From assembly GCA_951406725.2 (NCBI GenBank), contig OX597835.1, positions 11,656,001-11,720,000 of the forward strand: 64,000 nt of DNA, in the 5' to 3' direction. Every line of letters begins with the position of its first letter. Positions within the stretch are counted from its first letter, which is position 1. The notes under the pieces were generated by a model, which was given only the letters and a program-made list of their open reading frames with translations, did no database searches and was not told where the DNA came from. Positions 1 through 14,418 of this stretch are shown here, piece by piece. This DNA comes from Octopus vulgaris. Taxonomy: Eukaryota. Made by a program: the position numbers and the translations under genes.

Positions 1-69
1 TCCTAAAACATATTGAAATAACTTTTATTTGAAATTCTAAGGTGTTTCCATTATTTTGTCCAACCCCTG
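1..69. mobile_element. Terminal inverted repeat remnant of a Tc1/mariner-type DNA transposon, truncated by the window edge
   Basis: The reverse complement reads TA|CAGGGGTTGGACAAAATAATGGAAACACC, a Tc1-like TIR start next to a TA dinucleotide. The partner TIR is not in the window. Confidence 0.5.
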
Positions 70-269
70 TATATAATTAAAAACTTTTGTAAAAATTAAT
101 TGATGCAGTTATAATAATTACAGAAAGATATTTCAAAAAGTTATTAACTACTTAAAAAAATTATTTTTTCATTTAAAAGAAAGTCACTAGACCTTGTAGA
201 AAAAAAAAGTTAGTATGAAGCGGATATCTCATGTGTAAGCACTTTCGTTTTTCAACTTTTTACACGCAT

Positions 270-347
<78 letters not shown>

Positions 348-524
348 CACCAGACATATTAAGAAATATTGTCTGAGATGTTTTCATCGCATGAATCTAA
401 TAATATCACACATAAAAAAACATATATATTGTGTATTTATTGAATAATATCTGTCACCAGATGGCGTAATTTTTGTTGATCTTATCCTCACAGAACATTA
501 CACAAACACAAACGCGCACACACA

Positions 525-588
<64 letters not shown>

Positions 589-729
589 GGTGCGGTATGT
601 GTGTATGTTATACACACACGCACCTACACGCACACACACAAACATACACATACACGCACAGTTTATTGGTTGAAGACAAAGAGAATGTCTACATGGTTTT
701 CTTTTTGCAGTATGTATTCTCTACCTGTC

Positions 730-757
730 TGTCTATCTATCTATCCATCTATCTATT

Positions 758-835
<78 letters not shown>

Positions 836-851
836 CATCTATCTATTTCTA
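730..851. repeat. (TCTA)n microsatellite
   Basis: Direct reading; forms the 5' flank of the Tx1-like fragment. Confidence 0.95.
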
Positions 852-1538
852 GCCTCCTTCCTTCAAACGGGAAGGAAGAGCTATTTTCATCATCTTTGTG
901 GCTATGACGAAAGAATGTATCTGGTGGACGCGTCTGAAAAGATTGGAGACAAACACTTTCCCTCTCTGGTCAACCTCTTCAAGTACCACTTGAAAGGGAA
1001 AGTGAGAGTAGAGAGGCAAGTTTTGTCTAGCGAATGTTTAAAAAAAGATGGGTGAATGTAGCAAGGATGGCACGTATGAATGACGAAGCCACCTTGAGCA
1101 TAGTCCTATGAACCCAGAAATTGAAAACAGAGGGTTACCCACTTGCAAACAAATGTGGTAACATATAACAATATTGACCAAGGTTACCGTGGTCTTTTTC
1201 ATAGGCTTTTCTTCCCACGGATAAACCTTACTTGCTCTCTCCTTTACACCATACATCATAACACTGTGATACACGATCCCTATTGATCGTTTTTTTCCTC
1301 TTCCCCTTTTTTTCCCCCTTTTCCTTCTTTTTTCATTTCTCTTTCCTTTTGTTCCTTTTCCTTTTCCTCTTTTTTTAATTTTTTATTTTTCTTATTTTTT
1401 TCCCCTTTTACGATCCCTTTTGATCGAAAACCTACGCCACATTTTTTTTATCTTTTGTTTTTTCATGCACCAAAAGAAAAGCTCTACCTTGTAATTTGTC
1501 CCATCTGTGTGCAGCCCTGTGTGGCCAATAAAGAAACT
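852..1538 (+). mobile_element. 5'-truncated, degenerate Tx1-like LINE 3' end (ORF2 C-terminus plus 3'UTR)
   Basis: Translates to SLVNLFKYHLKGKVRVERQVLS...WVNVARMARMN, which aligns with GLINFFKFHLKRKMRLERKVLS...WVNCARLACIN of ORF 57083-57598. It ends CAGCCCTGTGTGGCCAATAAAGAAA, like the full-length copy (CAGCCCTTGTGGCCAATAAAAAAG). Confidence 0.9.
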
Positions 1539-1920
<382 letters not shown>

Positions 1921-2149
1921 GGGTTCTGTATGTAATTTTGCTTGTACGTATAATTTCTAATGTAAGCTTATATCTTTTTTAACACCCTTCCCATGGCGCA
2001 TCCCTCCACGGGTCTCTTGTTTTCCATCAAACCTACGTCGCCGCCGATGAAACTGCTTGGGTCATTCATTTCTATTATAACAGATCAACGAACTTCCTTA
2101 GTTTTTGTTGCCCTTTGTATTTCTTTTGCCAACATGGTGGACACTGTCG

Positions 2150-2379
2150 TAACCACCGCCGCCTCTGCCTCTGCCTCCACCGCCGCCTCTACCTCTGCCT
2201 CCTCTGCCACCGCCACCATCACTTCTTCCACTACTACAACCCCTCACAACTATTCTACGACCGCCGTCATAAGCAACACCACCACCATTATGACCACACC
2301 ACCAAAACCCACCAAAACCACCACCACTACCGCCACCATCACTACCACCACTACCACCACCAGCACCACCACCAGCACC

Positions 2380-2410
<31 letters not shown>

Positions 2411-2700
2411 CCACCACCACCACCACCACCACCACCACTACCACCACCACCACCACCACCACCACAGCCACCACCACCACCACAGCATCCATCACTACCA
2501 CCACCACCACCACCACCACCACCACCACCACTACCACCACCACCACCACCACCATCACTACCACCACCACTACCACCACCATCACTACCACCAGCACCAC
2601 CACCACTACCACCAGCACCACTACCACCACCACTACCGCCACCATCACTACCACCACCACTACCACCATCACCATTACCGCCACCAACACTACCACCGCC
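2150..2700. repeat. (ACC)n-rich degenerate trinucleotide repeat
   Basis: Direct reading; gives the poly-T, poly-H and poly-V ORFs. Confidence 0.9.
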
Positions 2701-2765
2701 ACGAACCTCATGTCGATCAATACTACTGCTACTATTACTATTACAACACTATACTATACAAGTAC

Positions 2766-3151
2766 GGAGGCGCAATGGCCCAGTGGTTAGGGTAGTGAAC
2801 TCACGGTCATAAGATCGCGGTTTCGATTCTCACACCGGGCGTTGTGAGTGTCTATTGAGAAAAAACACTCAAAGCTCTACGTGGCTCCGGCAGGGGATGG
2901 CGGCGGCGGACCCTGCTGTACCCTTTCACCACAACTTTCTCTCACTCTTTCTTCCTGTTTCTGTTGTACCTGCATTTCAAAGGGGCCAGCCTCGTCACAC
3001 TCTGTGTCACGCTGAGTTTTCTCGAGAACTACATTAAGGGCACAAGTGTCTGCGGAGTGCTCAGCCACTTGCACGTTAATTTCACGAGCAGGCTGTTCCG
3101 TTGATCCGATCCATTGGAACCTTCGTCGTCGCAACCGACGGAGTGCCGTAG
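2766..3151 (+). mobile_element. tRNA-derived SINE, family A
   Basis: A-box-like TGGCCCAGTGG and B-box-like GGTTTCGATTC. TSD ATACAAGTACG at 2756-2766 and 3152-3162. Homologous copies at 27636 and 39917. Confidence 0.92.
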
Positions 3152-3189
3152 ATACAAGTACGCTACTTGTACTATTTACTACCAGTACC

Positions 3190-3450
3190 ATAACCACCAC
3201 CACCACCACCACCACTACCACTACTACTACTACCACCACCACCACCACCACCACCACCACCACCACCACCACCACCACCACCACCACCACCTCCACCACC
3301 ACCACCACCACCACCACCACCACCACCACTACCACCACCACCACCACTACCACTACCACCACAACCACCACCTCCACCACCACCACTACCACTACTACTA
3401 CCACCACCACTACCACCACTACCACCACCACCACCACAACTACTACTACA

Positions 3451-3491
<41 letters not shown>

Positions 3492-3520
3492 CACCACCAC
3501 CACCACCACCACCACCACTA
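3190..3520. repeat. (ACC)n/(ACT)n microsatellite
   Basis: Direct reading. Confidence 0.95.
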
Positions 3521-4205
3521 CTGTTGTTGTTGCTTGTGTGTGTTGGGTTGTTTGTTTATTGTGTTTGTGTTTTCGTCTCCAGACGCAGCTGAGACCTGAA
3601 ATGGTTAATATGGCAGCACTGAGGGAGGTCGGGTGGTATTTTCTTTTTATTTTTATTTATTTTGGGTTGTTACTATAAAAGTCGTCGGCGTTGGCGGCGC
3701 ACGTGATTTTTTTTCTCAAATAGGTAACTATTACATCTACCACCACCACAACAACAACAACAATAACAACAACAACAACAACAACAACAACAATAGCAAC
3801 TGCAGCAGCGGTAACGGTAACAATAACACCTGCACGAACGCTACTACAAGACAAAGACATTTCAAAGAGTCCATTGTTATGTTCTTCCTGCCGACACCAA
3901 AAATAATGAGGAGGAAAAAGAAGAAAAAAAAAACAACATACATATGAAAGGGGAGAGAGAAAAGTAAGAAAAATATTACTCTAACGTTCACATGACTTAC
4001 ATAATATTTACTCACACTCGTTCGAGAATATCGTGTGTGTGTGTGAATGTGTGTGTGAGTGTGTCTGTGTGTGGTGCGGTGTGTATGAATGCGTGTGTGT
4101 GCGTTTGTATATATGTTGTGTGCATAAATAATATATATATAATTTATGCACACAATATATATGTGTGTATATATATATATATACACATATATATATATAT
4201 ATATA

Positions 4206-4256
<51 letters not shown>

Positions 4257-4293
4257 TATATATATATATACGTACACACATATATACATATAC

Positions 4294-4353
<60 letters not shown>

Positions 4354-4874
4354 GCGCATATACGTTTGTCTTTGTGAGCAAATATATGCGTGTTTGTGTT
4401 TGTATTTGTATGGATGTTGAAATACTGCTGATTGAGACTTTAGGAATGTTGAATATAAAAACCTTCCTAAACCGTCTTATATCCGTATTCTTCTGAGTTC
4501 GGGTCCTAACGAAATTAACGTCTGCCGCCATCCTTTCATGGGCCTTGTACTGTGGTCAATTTTCTTTCTTTTTCCTCCTATTCTCGTCTGCCATTTACTG
4601 TTCCTAAAAGAAATTAGGCAATGTTAAACGTGGAGACGACTGATCATCGTCAAGTTCAAAATTCAATCGATGGCAATGCCTTTCCGCATTAACTGTTTCT
4701 TTTTATATATTTGTTACGTTTATGTATATGATTTACAAGATTCTTGATGTGAAATCATGTGTTGAAACATGTTGTTGTATTTAGAAATGGTCATGTTGCC
4801 AGTTTAGCTACTATATATTTGGTGTTAATTTGCTTCAGCTTTATTTATTTTTTACATTAATCTTAATCTTAATC

Positions 4875-4930
4875 TTATTTCGGCGAGAGTTCTTTCGTCA
4901 CGCTTCTGTGACCTCATCAGTGGTCCTTTG
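4875..4930 (-). ncRNA. Degenerate minimal hammerhead-ribozyme-like motif, probable Penelope-like element remnant
   Basis: The minus strand reads CTGATGA-G-GTCAC-agaagc-GTGAC-GAAA, i.e. both core boxes with a perfect 5-bp stem II. Stems I and III are weak. Confidence 0.45.
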
Positions 4931-5685
4931 CTTGGTATAAAGAAATTTGGTATAAAACGCGCAGAGAATACGTATGCTTGAATGTCATAACGAACGCCGG
5001 TCAAATGACATGAAAGAGAGAAACCCTTTTTTGGAGAAACAATATAATCACTATGTAAAGTATAGAAGCCATCTTATCATGGCTAACGACATTGGGGAGG
5101 GGGTGTTACTGTAGCTTTATAGCCCCAAGAGATCTTCGTCTCTAGCTGGCTTTAGACACAATATCAGTGTCCTTGGAGTATTTGCAAAGGGAGGTCATCC
5201 CTTCCTCGCAAGCCTGAGTGATACGCTCGAACTAGTTTCGGGATTGTTGTCCCTCGTCAACAGCGGAGAAAAGGATAAAGTATATGAATCATTGGAATTA
5301 GTAAACAGCGATGCAAATGCTTTGGTTCGGTGAGTAAAAATCTACGATTAATGAAAAGATGTTGAGGAATCTTATATTTAAGACATTTTAAAAGCGTCAA
5401 GTGAACAACGCTAGGTTTGTCATTGTGATGGAGAATATTTAAATTGGAACTATTAAGTTAACAGATTCCTCATATTTTCTGAATTTTTAGCTTTATTAAA
5501 TACACACAATCGCCTGAATTAGCTATTTAGACGTTCGTAATTATTACGTAAATATTTCGGGACGTGTCGTTAATCACTTAACAGCTCTGATCTTTCATTT
5601 TTTCTTTCTTTGTTGTCTTGATATAAAAAATGATAATTTATCACTTAAGCGTAAATATATATGCAAATAAATTTCCGGTTTTACA

Positions 5686-5776
<91 letters not shown>

Positions 5777-5777
5777 T

Positions 5778-5811
<34 letters not shown>

Positions 5812-5991
5812 CCTATCTATCTAGCTCTCTCTCTCACTGTATGTATACATATGTATATGTAAAGAGAGGTAGATATGTATAAATACATATATAAATGCAC
5901 ACACGTGTTTATATATATATACACGTATATATATATATATACATATTTATATACATATACATATATTTATACATACATACATACATACATG

Positions 5992-6025
<34 letters not shown>

Positions 6026-6026
6026 T

Positions 6027-6073
<47 letters not shown>

Positions 6074-6080
6074 CATATAC

Positions 6081-6131
<51 letters not shown>

Positions 6132-6138
6132 TACACAG

Positions 6139-6179
<41 letters not shown>

Positions 6180-6785
6180 GATACGCAAATACACATATAT
6201 ACGCTTTGATTAGTATGTTTTGGCATACGCACACCCATAATGAATATTTTATAGTAACAACGACAACAACAACAGCTGCAACAATAATAATAATAGCAAA
6301 AATACCAATAATTACCATTAATATCATATTATTATTATTCTTATTATTATTGTTGTTGTCGTTCTTTTTGTCATTGTTATTATTGTTATTATTTTATTTC
6401 TTACATAATAATGCAAAAGATCAATGAAAGCGAAATGTTCCAAAGAACTTCGTTCCAAGAGAAATGTTAACTTTTCTCTCACCTTCATCTCATATCCTTT
6501 CAAGATCTTTGTCACCCTCCCCCTCTCTCTCTCTTGCTCTCTCTGTTTTTTTTTTCTATTTCAATATCTATATCTATATTTTTCTACACCCCGCCATCGC
6601 TCGCTTACACACACGCGTACACATACGTAAACATACGAACATACTCATTTCCATACTCATATACATATACATACATATATGTAAATATATATATATATAT
6701 ATATATATATACAAATATACATGTTTATATATAGAGAGATGAATAATGATATACATATAAGATATACATATCATATATGTACGTA

Positions 6786-6833
<48 letters not shown>

Positions 6834-6834
6834 A

Positions 6835-7228
6835 TTTTCTACTCTAGGCACAAGGCCCAACATTTGGGGGGAGGGGGCAGTCCATTAGATCAACCCAGTA
6901 CACAACTGGTACTTAATTCATCGACCAGGAAAGGATGAAAGGAAAGTTGACCTCGGTGGAATTTGAACTCACAACCTAACGACAGACGAAATACCTATTT
7001 CTTTACTACCCACAAGGGGCTAAATACAGAAGGGACAAACAAGGACAGACAAACGGATTAAGTCGATTTTATCGACCCCAGTGCGTAACTGGTACCTATT
7101 TAATCGACCCCGAAGGGATGAAAAGCAAAGTTGACCTCGGCGGAATTTGAACTCAGAACGTATCGGCAGACGAAATACTGTTAAGCTTTTCGCCCGGCGT
7201 GCTAACGTTTCGGCCAGCTCGCCGCCTT
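6835..7228 (-). mobile_element. SINE family B dimer: a young-tail full copy (6996-7228) joined to a headless old-tail copy (6835-6995)
   Basis: The core ATCGACC..GAA.GGATGAAA...AAGTTGACCTCGG occurs twice. The junction GAAATACC|TATTTCTTT is identical to the junction in the 26-27 kb array. Confidence 0.88.
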
Positions 7229-7404
7229 ACACACACACACATAGAGACACGCACACACACACACGCACACACACACACACGCACAAACGCACACACACAC
7301 ACACACACACACACATACATGCGCGTGTATGTGCATAAGAATGGAGACGAATTATCTTGCTCACTCTATCTCTCTTTGTCTCTCTCACTGTTTTTTCTGT
7401 CTAT

Positions 7405-7460
<56 letters not shown>

Positions 7461-7986
7461 TGTCTTTCTCCATTTCTTTCTAATCTGAAACTATTATGTT
7501 TGGTAGCTATTAATCTTTCCCGCTCTCTTTCATGATCACGAAGAAGGAATGTTTCCCGCATATTTTGTTTCCTCTCCCTGTCACTCTCTCTCTCACACAC
7601 CCAAACACTCTCTCGCCTTCTCAGCTTCTCTCCCAATTCTCTCCCTCTCTCTTTCTCTCTCTTACACACACACACACACACATCCTGTTTCTCTTTCACA
7701 CAAACATATCGTCTCAAGCAGTAAGGGTCAATAACGCGACCCACGAAAAAGAGAACAGACCCCCAATAAGCATAACATAACGAGGCCAGACATTAACGAA
7801 TGTCAACGATACTCTGATAAAAGAGGAAACAGACTCTTAAGTCAATGTCGCCAATCGATATTAAAGAATAAAAGAATAAACAAATGAAGGAACAAAGGAA
7901 TATATATATACGTCTATTCGAGAGAGAAGGATAACAACCGCTACAGTAAACACTAGTGGAAAAGAGCCAGATTAAAATAATAATAA

Positions 7987-8214
7987 TCCTTTCTACTTTA
8001 GGCACAAGGCCTGGAATTTGATAGGAGGGGACTAGTCCAGTACATCGACCCCAGTGCTCAGCTTGTACTTATTTTATCGACCCCTTCCCCCCCCCCCGAA
8101 AGCATGAAAGGCAAAGTCGACCTCAGCGGAATTTGAATTCAGAACGTAAAGACTGCCGAAGCTCTGCTAAGCATTTCATCCGGCGTGCTAACGAGTTTGC
8201 CAGCTCGCCACCTT
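7987..8214 (-). mobile_element. SINE family B, old-tail subfamily
   Basis: Same head and core as other B copies. The sense tail GGCCTTGTGCCTAAAGTAGAAAGG is followed by (ATT)n. Confidence 0.85.
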
Positions 8215-8284
8215 AATGATGATAATGATGCTGATGATGATGCTGATGGTGGTGGTGGTGGTGATGATGATGATGATGATGATG

Positions 8285-8346
<62 letters not shown>

Positions 8347-8454
8347 TATAATAAATAAATAAATAATAATAACGGCGACAACGACGATGACAACAACAAC
8401 AACAACAACAACAGCAACAACACCAGTAGTAGTAGTAGTAGTAGTAGTAACAAA

Positions 8455-9013
8455 TGCCCTGATGCAGTACTAAGCAATGGCTCTCATGGCTTCTGATCTT
8501 AACTAATTGAAAGTTTTATCATGTACATTGTTTTGTCGTGGTATAAAATATGGGCAACATCAAATATTCTGCTCAATACCACAGATTTCCTTGTCAGAGT
8601 TGTTTGACCATAACCAGTTGAGCATGTCCCTTAATGGCTGATGATATATGCGTCTCAGATCACGAGCAGAAGTAGTTGGGGGAGCATCATAGTCGTGAGT
8701 TGAAAGGAATTCTTAAAGGGTTGGATAATTCACATTTGGAAACATGTTTTGTACATCATCTTTAAACGACCTTTATTCAGGGACCTTTTGAGCAGGATGG
8801 GCTACTCGACTTGAAGAAAATTCTAACTGGGCCCTATCAGCAAGGTCATGTGCTGTTTATTTTGATATGAGATCCCCATGTCACCTGCATATGACTGTGA
8901 TGCATGTGCCTGGTGTACCCTTCTCAGACGGGTAGTCATGATGGTTATACTGGGCTTCATATATTTTAACCAAGTGTCACTTTGACGGCATGCACTGCTC
9001 TCTCTCTCTCTCT
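8455..9013. mobile_element. Unclassified ~555-bp non-coding interspersed repeat 'E' within AAT/AAC repeats
   Basis: Reverse-complement homolog of 15911-16466 over its whole length. No ORF, no TIR and no obvious tRNA head. Confidence 0.8.
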
Positions 9014-9085
9014 CCATAATGATGATAACAACAACAACAACAATAATAACAACAACAACAACAATAATGATAATAATAATAATAA

Positions 9086-10338
9086 CTCAAATGCAATACA
9101 AAATAGAAAACAATTTAAAACTGTAAACTATGTAAGAAAGGAAATTAAACAAGAACTAAAACCAGGTCTCACTGAATTAAATGAAATTATTTACACAGCT
9201 GCTGAGACAATCGAAGCCGGTTGTACGTCTCTGAAAAAACAAAAAAATACAAACCTAAGAAGAATTCCAAACGGGGAAAGTAAAATTGAAAAAGAGATTG
9301 GAATAATGGGAGGTGAAATATCAATATTGAATGAACTGATCTGTGGAAACAATGGAAATACCAGAAAGGAAGAAAGATGAAGAGAAAACATAGATTCTCA
9401 CCAAGAGAAGAACTGCTTTCAGCAAAAGAAACACTGTAACGAAAGACCCAAGCAAAATCTCAAAGAATACGAAGATATGAGAAGAGAAATAAATTTTAGA
9501 AGCAAAATAAGCTGTTCACATCCAATGCGAAAAGATTCTACAGAGAAATGGGGGAGGAGAAAATAACCATTGAAGACCCCCACTCCTATGGAAGAAGTTG
9601 AGAACGTTTGGACAAAGATCTGGAGTAATGAAAAGATTTACAATGAATATACAGACTGGATTAGATGTACGGAAGGATCCTACCAAAACTTACCAGAACA
9701 AGCATGGGAAGACATTACAATAGCAGACCTAAGAATGACTCTCATGAAGGCTCATAAGTGGAAATCTCCTGGTGATGATAGGGTGCCAGATTTCTAGCTA
9801 CCACAGCTCCCGTGCGTGCATGAAAAGTTAGTCCAGTTATTCAATGAAATCATGAGAGATCCTACGAAAACACCTGATTGGTCAGCAAGGGGTATTACTT
9901 ACCTACTCCCGAAGAATAATGAAACCAAATCTCTCGACCCATAACATGTCGGCCCATAACATGTCTATCTACCACGTATAAAATTTTAACTTCCATCTTC
10001 GTGGAGAAATCTCACACAAATTTATGGAACAGAACGGTATTTTCCCCATTGAACAGAAAGGACGGGGGTCATATAGATGCAAAGGCCAACTCTTGATCAA
10101 TCGCATGGCCCTTGAGAACTGTCATAACAAAGGCAGAAATCTCAGTTCTGCATGGATTGATTATAAATTAGGCCTTCGACCGCATACCGAATTCATAGAT
10201 CTTGCAGTCACTGGATATCTTCAAAATTTCTCCTCTGATTTGAAACTTCCTGAAGAATAATATATCAATGTGGAGCAACTATAGCACTCAAATGGAATAC
10301 TGACCACAAAAAATATTAATATCAACTGCGGCATTTCG
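9086..10338 (+). pseudogene. Degenerate R4/Dong-like non-LTR retrotransposon, N-terminal and RT fragment
   Basis: Frameshifted RT motifs HKWKSPGDDRVPDF, RPITCLSTTYKILTSI, EQKG..GSYRCKGQLLIN, NLSSAWIDY and INCGI. Starts directly after an (AAT/AAC)n run. Confidence 0.8.
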
Positions 10339-10876
10339 CTCTCTGTCTTTAGCCATGAGCTCCGTACCACTGATCGGTGTGCTTCTGGTCTACATAAGCT
10401 TATTTGCTACGGGCCACATATTTCTCAGGCAGATGTTTTTGTTCCTACCTATCAACCAATTGTTCAAACGCATTTTACTTTGCTGTTGATCTCACATTCT
10501 TTGCAACTACAGTTGCTGCACTTCCATTATGCTGTTCAACCTGGGTATTATGCATCAGCTCGCTTGAAAATATTTTGCTCTCCTTCATAACAGAATGAAG
10601 CTTCTTACGTCATCCATGGTTTTCTACGAGCTGTGGCATCCAGTCGCTAGGTGTTTCAAGACATTTTGCCTGCCCAGTTGAGGTGGCTTTGCAGAAGATT
10701 TCAAATTTGGGTCAAGCGTCGACCTCCTTGAGATCTGGGCAGATAAAGACGATCTGTATCTGCCTTTGGGTGGTGCATCTTATCGCAAGTCAGCAGCTCA
10801 CGTATTTTCCTGTCAATTTTCATTATTTCGCTCATATTCCGGTTCAACACATTGGAGCTGTAAATAACAACCAGAT
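10335..10876 (-). pseudogene. Inverted R4/Dong-like post-RT fragment
   Basis: The minus strand encodes KIDRKIRELLTCDKMHHPKADTDRLYLPRSQGGRRL, matching the HPK..DRLY.PR..GGRGL signature of RLE-type elements. Confidence 0.8.
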
Positions 10877-11095
10877 AGGTAGATATATAGATAGATAGGT
10901 AGATAGATAGATAGATCGATAGATAGATAGATAGATCGATAGACATACAAACAGATAGACAGATAAAAGACAGACAGACAGATAGATAGATTGATAGATA
11001 TACAGACAGGCAGATAGACAGACTGACATTCATACATACATACATATAGACAGACATACAGACAGACAGACAGACAGACAGACAGATAGACAGAC

Positions 11096-11181
<86 letters not shown>

Positions 11182-11193
11182 TTAGTTTGATAA

Positions 11194-11224
<31 letters not shown>

Positions 11225-11226
11225 TG

Positions 11227-11303
<77 letters not shown>
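10877..11303. repeat. (GATA)n/(GACA)n microsatellite
   Basis: Direct reading. Confidence 0.95.
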
Positions 11304-11371
11304 GCAAACATACAATCACATACATTTATGTGAAGTCTGAAATTTGAAAAAGATGACAATAATTTCTGGCA

Positions 11372-11585
11372 TGTGACCAAGGACAAGAATATTGGGGTAG
11401 GAACAGTCGATCGTATCGACTTCCAGTACCCGGTTGAAGCGTCAATTGATCGATTTTGGAAGGATTTGAAGGAAAGTTAATCCCAGCAGGATTTGAACTC
11501 TGGAATGTAAAGAGATAAAAAAAAACAAAGAATTTTCTTTTTTTTCAATCAGTCGTTTTAACGATTCTTCCAATCTACAACTCAT
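11372..11585 (-). mobile_element. Highly diverged SINE family B copy
   Basis: Residual GTCGATCGTATCGACTTCCAGT and GGATTTGAACTC motifs in the family B order. Confidence 0.5.
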
Positions 11586-11734
11586 CGGCACACGAATAAC
11601 TACAAACGACAAAGACATGACATCGAGTATGGTGACAATGATGAAGAGGACGACGATGATGATGATGAGGAGGATGATAACGACGGTGGTGATGATTAGG
11701 ATGACGAGGAAAACGATTTATTTTGTTTTATTTT

Positions 11735-12430
<696 letters not shown>

Positions 12431-12493
12431 TTGAAGCAAGCTGTAAAAAATGTGTAAGATCTCAATGATGAAAAACATAAAAAAAACACACAC

Positions 12494-12549
<56 letters not shown>

Positions 12550-14023
12550 TATTTATATATATAAAATTTTTTTAAATACATTGTTGAAAATATTTCAAAA
12601 GAAATACGAGGAAAATAAAAATATACTCGAAAACGCAATAATAACGGAATTGGACTACAAATCGATATGGGTACCCCAACATTGGTACATACTGAAAAAG
12701 AGTCAATATAAATCCATGTGTGTGTGTGTGTGTGAGCAACTGTATATTGAAAGCAATGACTACATTGAAAAGCAGAAACACATATACATACACATATGTA
12801 CACAAACATACTGTGACACTGAGGTACGCACAAGTTGGTATGCAAGAAAATATTAACTGGCTTATCTTTACGCATATATACTCCACAGTCACAAAGACCC
12901 GAGCTCACGCACAAGCATATACAGCCAAGTATAACGATATACACACGTGTGTTTGCATGCATGTATGCATATAAATATGTGTGTATGTATGTATATATAT
13001 ATGTATATATATATATATATATATATAAATCATGCATACATATGCATAAACATACATATAAATATATCATGCATGCAGACACACACACATACATATATAT
13101 ACATACACATTTATATATATTTGAGTGGGTGTGTATACGTATATATATATATATATATATATATAGTGTATGATGTATATATATTATATATATATATATA
13201 TGTATATATACATAGTTTTTACATAGAAACACACATACATAGGTACATAATAAAAAAAATAATATAATATATTACATACAACTCCATTACTTATACTACA
13301 TACAAATTACTACATACATAACCGTGTTAATACTGAGCTAGTATAGACAAAGAAGGACAGATTTGTAATAAAGAGAGGAGAAATAAATGTAGTTATACAA
13401 TATTTATCATGATAACAAAACAATAAAAACAGTATGATATATTTGTTTGATTATTTTTTGTTTGTTTTTTTTTTGATATTTATGGATAAATGTAAAATAA
13501 AATGTAATCTGAAAGTAAAAAAGAAGGCAGCATCTGATTGTATACGAAATTCATTGTTGGAAGTAGGAGGAGAAAAATTTGGAGAAAATTAATGTGATAT
13601 ATCAATAAAGAATTATCATCAAGATATTCTTTATGAGAAGAAGAAGACATCAGTTAGAGTACGCATGTAGTAGATAGTAAGTATTGATATGATATGATAT
13701 ATATACGATATATGACATGTTTGTACAGGATAAAACATGCAGTAAAGCAAATTTTTCGCGGATATGATAAGATGAAAAGAAAAAAAAAATTAAACATAAT
13801 AATAAAGAGTCGGGGATTGATGAAAATATATTATATAATAATAATATGCGGATGCGAGAAAGATAAATATATATATATATATAAAAAATATAAAAAAATA
13901 GAAGATATATATATATATTTTTTTTATATATATTTTTTATATATATATATTTATATATTATATATATTTATTATATATTATATATTATATATATATATAT
14001 AAAAAAAAAAAGATAAAAAAAAG

Positions 14024-14063
<40 letters not shown>

Positions 14064-14373
14064 AATATAAAAGAAAAAAGAAAAGAAAAAAGAAGAGAGA
14101 AAAAGAAAAAAAAAAAAAAGAGAAGAAAAGAAAGAAGAGAGAGAGAGAAGAAAAAAGTGGGGAGAAGAGGAGAAAAGAATAAAAGAGAAAAAGAGAAAAG
14201 AGAAAGAGGGGTAATGGTAAAGAGAAAAGAAAAATAATATAAGAAAATGGAGAGAGAAAAATATATATATATATAAATAATAAAATATAAAATAAAAAAT
14301 AAAAAAAAAAAAAAAAAATAAAGAAAACAAGTGTGGCGAAAGTATAAGAGAAGTGTGTGTAATAGTGAATATA

Positions 14374-14418
<45 letters not shown>

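Noticed and set aside
1993-2790. 265-aa Thr-rich, mucin-like ORF with a hydrophobic N-terminal stretch
   Set aside because: Its openness is explained by (ACC)n, it ends inside a SINE head, and there is no splice or domain evidence.
3583-3627. Possible 45-nt micro-exon after TTTTCGTCTCCAG (TQLRPEMVNMAALRE)
   Set aside because: The donor is weak (GTCGGG), and there are no partner exons or recognisable homology. It needs RNA-seq.
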